Shown here in pieces: positions 60,785 to 64,000 of a DNA stretch of 64,000 nt. The notes beneath the pieces were generated by a model. That model searched no databases. It was not told the DNA's origin and saw nothing but the letters and a program-made list of their open reading frames with translations. Positions within the stretch are counted from its first letter, which is position 1, and each line of letters begins with the position of its first letter. Origin of the DNA: Streptosporangiaceae bacterium (GTDB lineage: Bacteria; Actinomycetota; Actinomycetes; Streptosporangiales; Streptosporangiaceae); assembly GCA_036501205.1 (NCBI GenBank), contig DASYAT010000066.1:42745-106744 (forward strand), in the 5' to 3' direction. The position numbers were made by a program, and so were the translations under genes.

Positions 60785-62032
60785 GTGAATAGCGCCAGTA
60801 GCGCGAGCACAGCGGTCGCGCACACCGACGTACTGATCATCGGCGGCGGGGTAATCGGCCTCGCCATCGGCTGGCGGGCCGCCCAGCGCGGCCTGAAGGT
60901 CATCGTTGCCGACCCAGCCCCCGGTTACGGCGCCTCGCACGCGGCCGCCGGCATGCTGACGCCGGTCGCCGAGGCCGCCTACGCCGAGCGGGAGCTGTTC
61001 GAGCTCGGCAGCCAGTCACTGCGCCAGTATCCGGAGTTCGCGGCCGAGCTGACCGAGATCACCGGAGCCAGCGTCGGCTTCCGCCGCACCGGCACCCTGC
61101 TGGTGGGCTACGACGCCGACGACATGGCGATGGTCGCCGAGCACGCACAGCTGCGCGAGTCCTTCGGGGTGGCTAGCCAGCGGCTCTCGGCCCGGGAATG
61201 CCGCCGGGCTGAGCCGCTGCTCGGCCCGGCGATCGGCGGCGGACTGCTGATCGAAGACGACGCTTCGATCGACCCCAGGCAGCTCACCAGCGCCCTGCTC
61301 ACGGCGCTGAAGGCAGCGGGCGGCACGCACCGGCCGCAGTCAGCGACGAAGCTGCTCACCCTGGCCGACCGCGCGACCGGGGCCGAGCTCACCGACGGCA
61401 GCAAGATCACCGCGGACCAGATCGTCCTCAGCGCCGGCTGGGCGTCGGCCTCGCTGGACGGGCTCCCGCCCGGCATCGCTCCCCCGCTGCGCCCGGTCAA
61501 GGGCCAGATACTCCGTCTTAGACCAACTCCTGCGACAGTCTCGGCTGGCCTGCGGGGGATTCCGGGTGGTCGTTCCCCTTGGCCAGCACAGTCCCCGGCG
61601 CTCATAGGCCGGACCGTGCGCGGGCTGGTCCAGGGCAGCTCGGTTTACCTGGTGCCGAGAGAGGAAGGCGAACTTGTGATCGGCGCGACCCAGGAGGAGC
61701 TGGGCGCCGACACCACGGTGACGGCCGGGGGTGTCTGGCAGCTGCTGCGTGACGCGCGAGCAATCGTGCCCGGCATCACCGAGCTCGAACTCGCCGAGGC
61801 GGTGGCGGGCCTGCGCCCCGGCACCCCGGACAACGCCCCGGTGCTCGGTCCGTCCGCGCTGCCAGGACTCGTGCTGGCGGCCGGTCATTTCCGCAGCGGC
61901 GTGCTGCTTACCCCGGTCACGGCCGAGCTGATCGCGGAGTTCCTGGCCACAGGGAAGCTCGGGCCGGCCGCGGCCGCCTTTGACCCGCGGCGCTTCGCGC
62001 CCGCCGACCGGGAGCCCGCATGGAAGTCATGA
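60785..62032 (+). CDS. thiO: glycine oxidase
   Basis: ..DVLIIGGGVIGLAIGW.. FAD motif and ..VKGQILRLR.., followed by thiS and thiG. The GTG start at 60785 was chosen after the riboswitch; the track start at 60698 lies inside the riboswitch. Confidence 0.88.
   Translation: MNSASSASTAVAHTDVLIIGGGVIGLAIGWRAAQRGLKVIVADPAPGYGASHAAAGMLTPVAEAAYAERELFELGSQSLRQYPEFAAELTEITGASVGFRRTGTLLVGYDADDMAMVAEHAQLRESFGVASQRLSARECRRAEPLLGPAIGGGLLIEDDASIDPRQLTSALLTALKAAGGTHRPQSATKLLTLADRATGAELTDGSKITADQIVLSAGWASASLDGLPPGIAPPLRPVKGQILRLRPTPATVSAGLRGIPGGRSPWPAQSPALIGRTVRGLVQGSSVYLVPREEGELVIGATQEELGADTTVTAGGVWQLLRDARAIVPGITELELAEAVAGLRPGTPDNAPVLGPSALPGLVLAAGHFRSGVLLTPVTAELIAEFLATGKLGPAAAAFDPRRFAPADREPAWKS
61550..61591 (+). 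repeat. degenerate G/C hairpin element copy inside thiO
   Basis: ctgcgggggattccgggtggtcgttccccttggccagcacag aligns almost base for base with the intergenic copy at 25006-25045. Confidence 0.65.
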
Positions 62033-62220
62033 TCAACGGCACGCCTCGGCAGGTGCCGGAGCAGACGTCGCTGGACCGAGCCGTCTCGCTGATCTCAAGC
62101 TCGGTGACCGGAATCGCGGTGGCCGTCAACGGCGAGGTCGTCCGCCGCGCGTCCTGGCCGGGACATCAGCTGTCACCAGGAGATGAGATCGAAGTGCTCA
62201 CCGCGGTTCAGGGAGGTTGA
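62020..62220 (+). CDS. thiS: sulfur carrier protein ThiS
   Basis: 66 aa ending ..VLTAVQGG (C-terminal GG). Confidence 0.9.
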   Translation: MEVMINGTPRQVPEQTSLDRAVSLISSSVTGIAVAVNGEVVRRASWPGHQLSPGDEIEVLTAVQGG

Positions 62221-62224
62221 GTAG

Positions 62225-63010
<786 letters not shown>

Positions 63011-63085
63011 TACCCTCCGCTTGGCACGGGGTTGGCCATCGCGTAACCCGGTCGGGACAGGCCGGCTCGCTCTACACTGTTGCCG

Positions 63086-64000
63086 ATGGATACCGCCCTT
63101 TCGCCACCTGTGGGCCAGCTGCTCGGCGGCCGGTACCACGTTGGATCGCGGATCGCGCGCGGTGGCATGGCAACGGTGTATATGGGCACCGATACCCGGC
63201 TCGACCGCGTCGTCGCGCTGAAGATCGCTCATCCAGATTTCTCCGATGACGTGGAGTTTGTCCGCCGGTTCATTGGCGAGGCCCGGTCAGCGGCCAGGCT
63301 GACCAGCCCGAACGTTGTCGCGATCTACGACCAGGGCTCCGATGGACGGCTGCACTACATCGCGATGGAGTACGTCGCGGGCCGGACGCTGCGTCAGCTG
63401 CTGACCGAGCGGGGCACGCTGGGCGCGCGCGAGGCGCTGGACATCATGACCGGGGTACTGACCGGATTGGCCGCGGCCCACCAGGCCGGACTGGCGCATC
63501 GCGACGTCAAGCCTGAGAACGTGCTGCTGACCAACTCCGGCGAGGTCAAGGTCGCCGACTTCGGGCTGGCCAGGTCAGTCGCCGGGGCCGTGCAGACCAA
63601 GGGCGGCATGCTGATCGGTACCGCCGCCTATCTCGCCCCTGAGCAGGTCTCAGGTGGCGTTTCCGACGCCCGCACCGACGTCTACGCGGCCGGGATCATG
63701 CTGTTCGAGCTGCTCACCGGCAGGCAGCCGCATACGGGCGAGAGCCCGCTCGCGATCGCCTACAAGCACGTGAACGAGATCGTCCCGGCACCGTCGAGTC
63801 AGCTGCCAGGTCTCGCCCCGGCGCTCGACGCGCTGGTGGCCATGGCCACCAGCCGCGATCCCGAGCTGCGGCCGATGCACGCGGGCCAGTTCCTGCGGGC
63901 GATCGATGAGGTGCGGGACGGCGACGGCCTCAACGGGAGTTCAAGGGGGTCGTCCCCCTCCGGCCAGCACAGCGGGGGTTCAAGGGGGTCGTCCCCCTCA
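63086..64000 (+). CDS. Ser/Thr protein kinase (PknL-like by context), C-terminus beyond window end
   Basis: Not in the ORF track because it has no stop inside the window. Manual translation from ATG 63086 gives MDTALSPPVGQLLGGRYHVGSRIARGGMATVYMG..VALKI..HRDVKPENVLL..VADFGLA..GTAAYLAPEQ.. The 915 nt to the window end stay in frame. Confidence 0.88.
   Translation, partial: MDTALSPPVGQLLGGRYHVGSRIARGGMATVYMGTDTRLDRVVALKIAHPDFSDDVEFVRRFIGEARSAARLTSPNVVAIYDQGSDGRLHYIAMEYVAGRTLRQLLTERGTLGAREALDIMTGVLTGLAAAHQAGLAHRDVKPENVLLTNSGEVKVADFGLARSVAGAVQTKGGMLIGTAAYLAPEQVSGGVSDARTDVYAAGIMLFELLTGRQPHTGESPLAIAYKHVNEIVPAPSSQLPGLAPALDALVAMATSRDPELRPMHAGQFLRAIDEVRDGDGLNGSSRGSSPSGQHSGGSRGSSPS
63940..64000 (+). 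repeat. two tandem copies of the G/C hairpin element inside the kinase gene
   Basis: ttcaagggggtcgtccccctccggccagcacag at 63940-63972 and ttcaagggggtcgtccccctca at 63979-64000, the second cut by the window end. They encode SRGSSPSGQHSGGSRGSSPS. Confidence 0.75.

Overview
High-GC actinomycete chromosomal core region. A clear BldD orthologue is present, and from memory the gene order matches the Streptomyces rib, rpe, fmt, priA, metK, coaBC, rpoZ, gmk, mihF, pyr operon, bldD block and the M. tuberculosis Rv2170-Rv2176 neighbourhood. Almost all genes are housekeeping. They include the riboflavin operon with an FMN riboswitch, the full pyrR-B-C-carAB-pyrK-D-F operon, thiOSG with a TPP riboswitch, and an Fe(III) ABC transporter with an IdeR iron box. 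No tRNA, rRNA, CRISPR array or intact IS element was seen.

Five things look unusual:
1. An 826-aa single ORF fuses an intact ABC-transporter ATPase domain to GAF and histidine-kinase modules. It is translationally coupled to an OmpR-type regulator and sits directly upstream of a monosaccharide ABC transporter whose own ATPase is its paralogue.
2. A short G5-6/C5-6 hairpin element is scattered through the window, in intergenic DNA and in frame inside at least five protein-coding genes.
3. Two copies of a 300-400 bp element are built from 21-bp-periodic direct and inverted iterons around an AT-richer core.
4. Four helically phased TGAAT-N6-ATTCA palindromes lie in an apparently non-coding 1.3 kb gap. 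The gap belongs to a small islet that interrupts mihF-pyrF synteny.
5. A roughly 1400-aa Pro/Ala/Gln-rich protein made largely of codon-level tandem repeats is translationally coupled to a small upstream ORF.

All calls come from reading the sequence and the supplied ORF track by eye. No database search was run, and start codons are approximate. The ORF track appears to use GTG/TTG starts as well as ATG.
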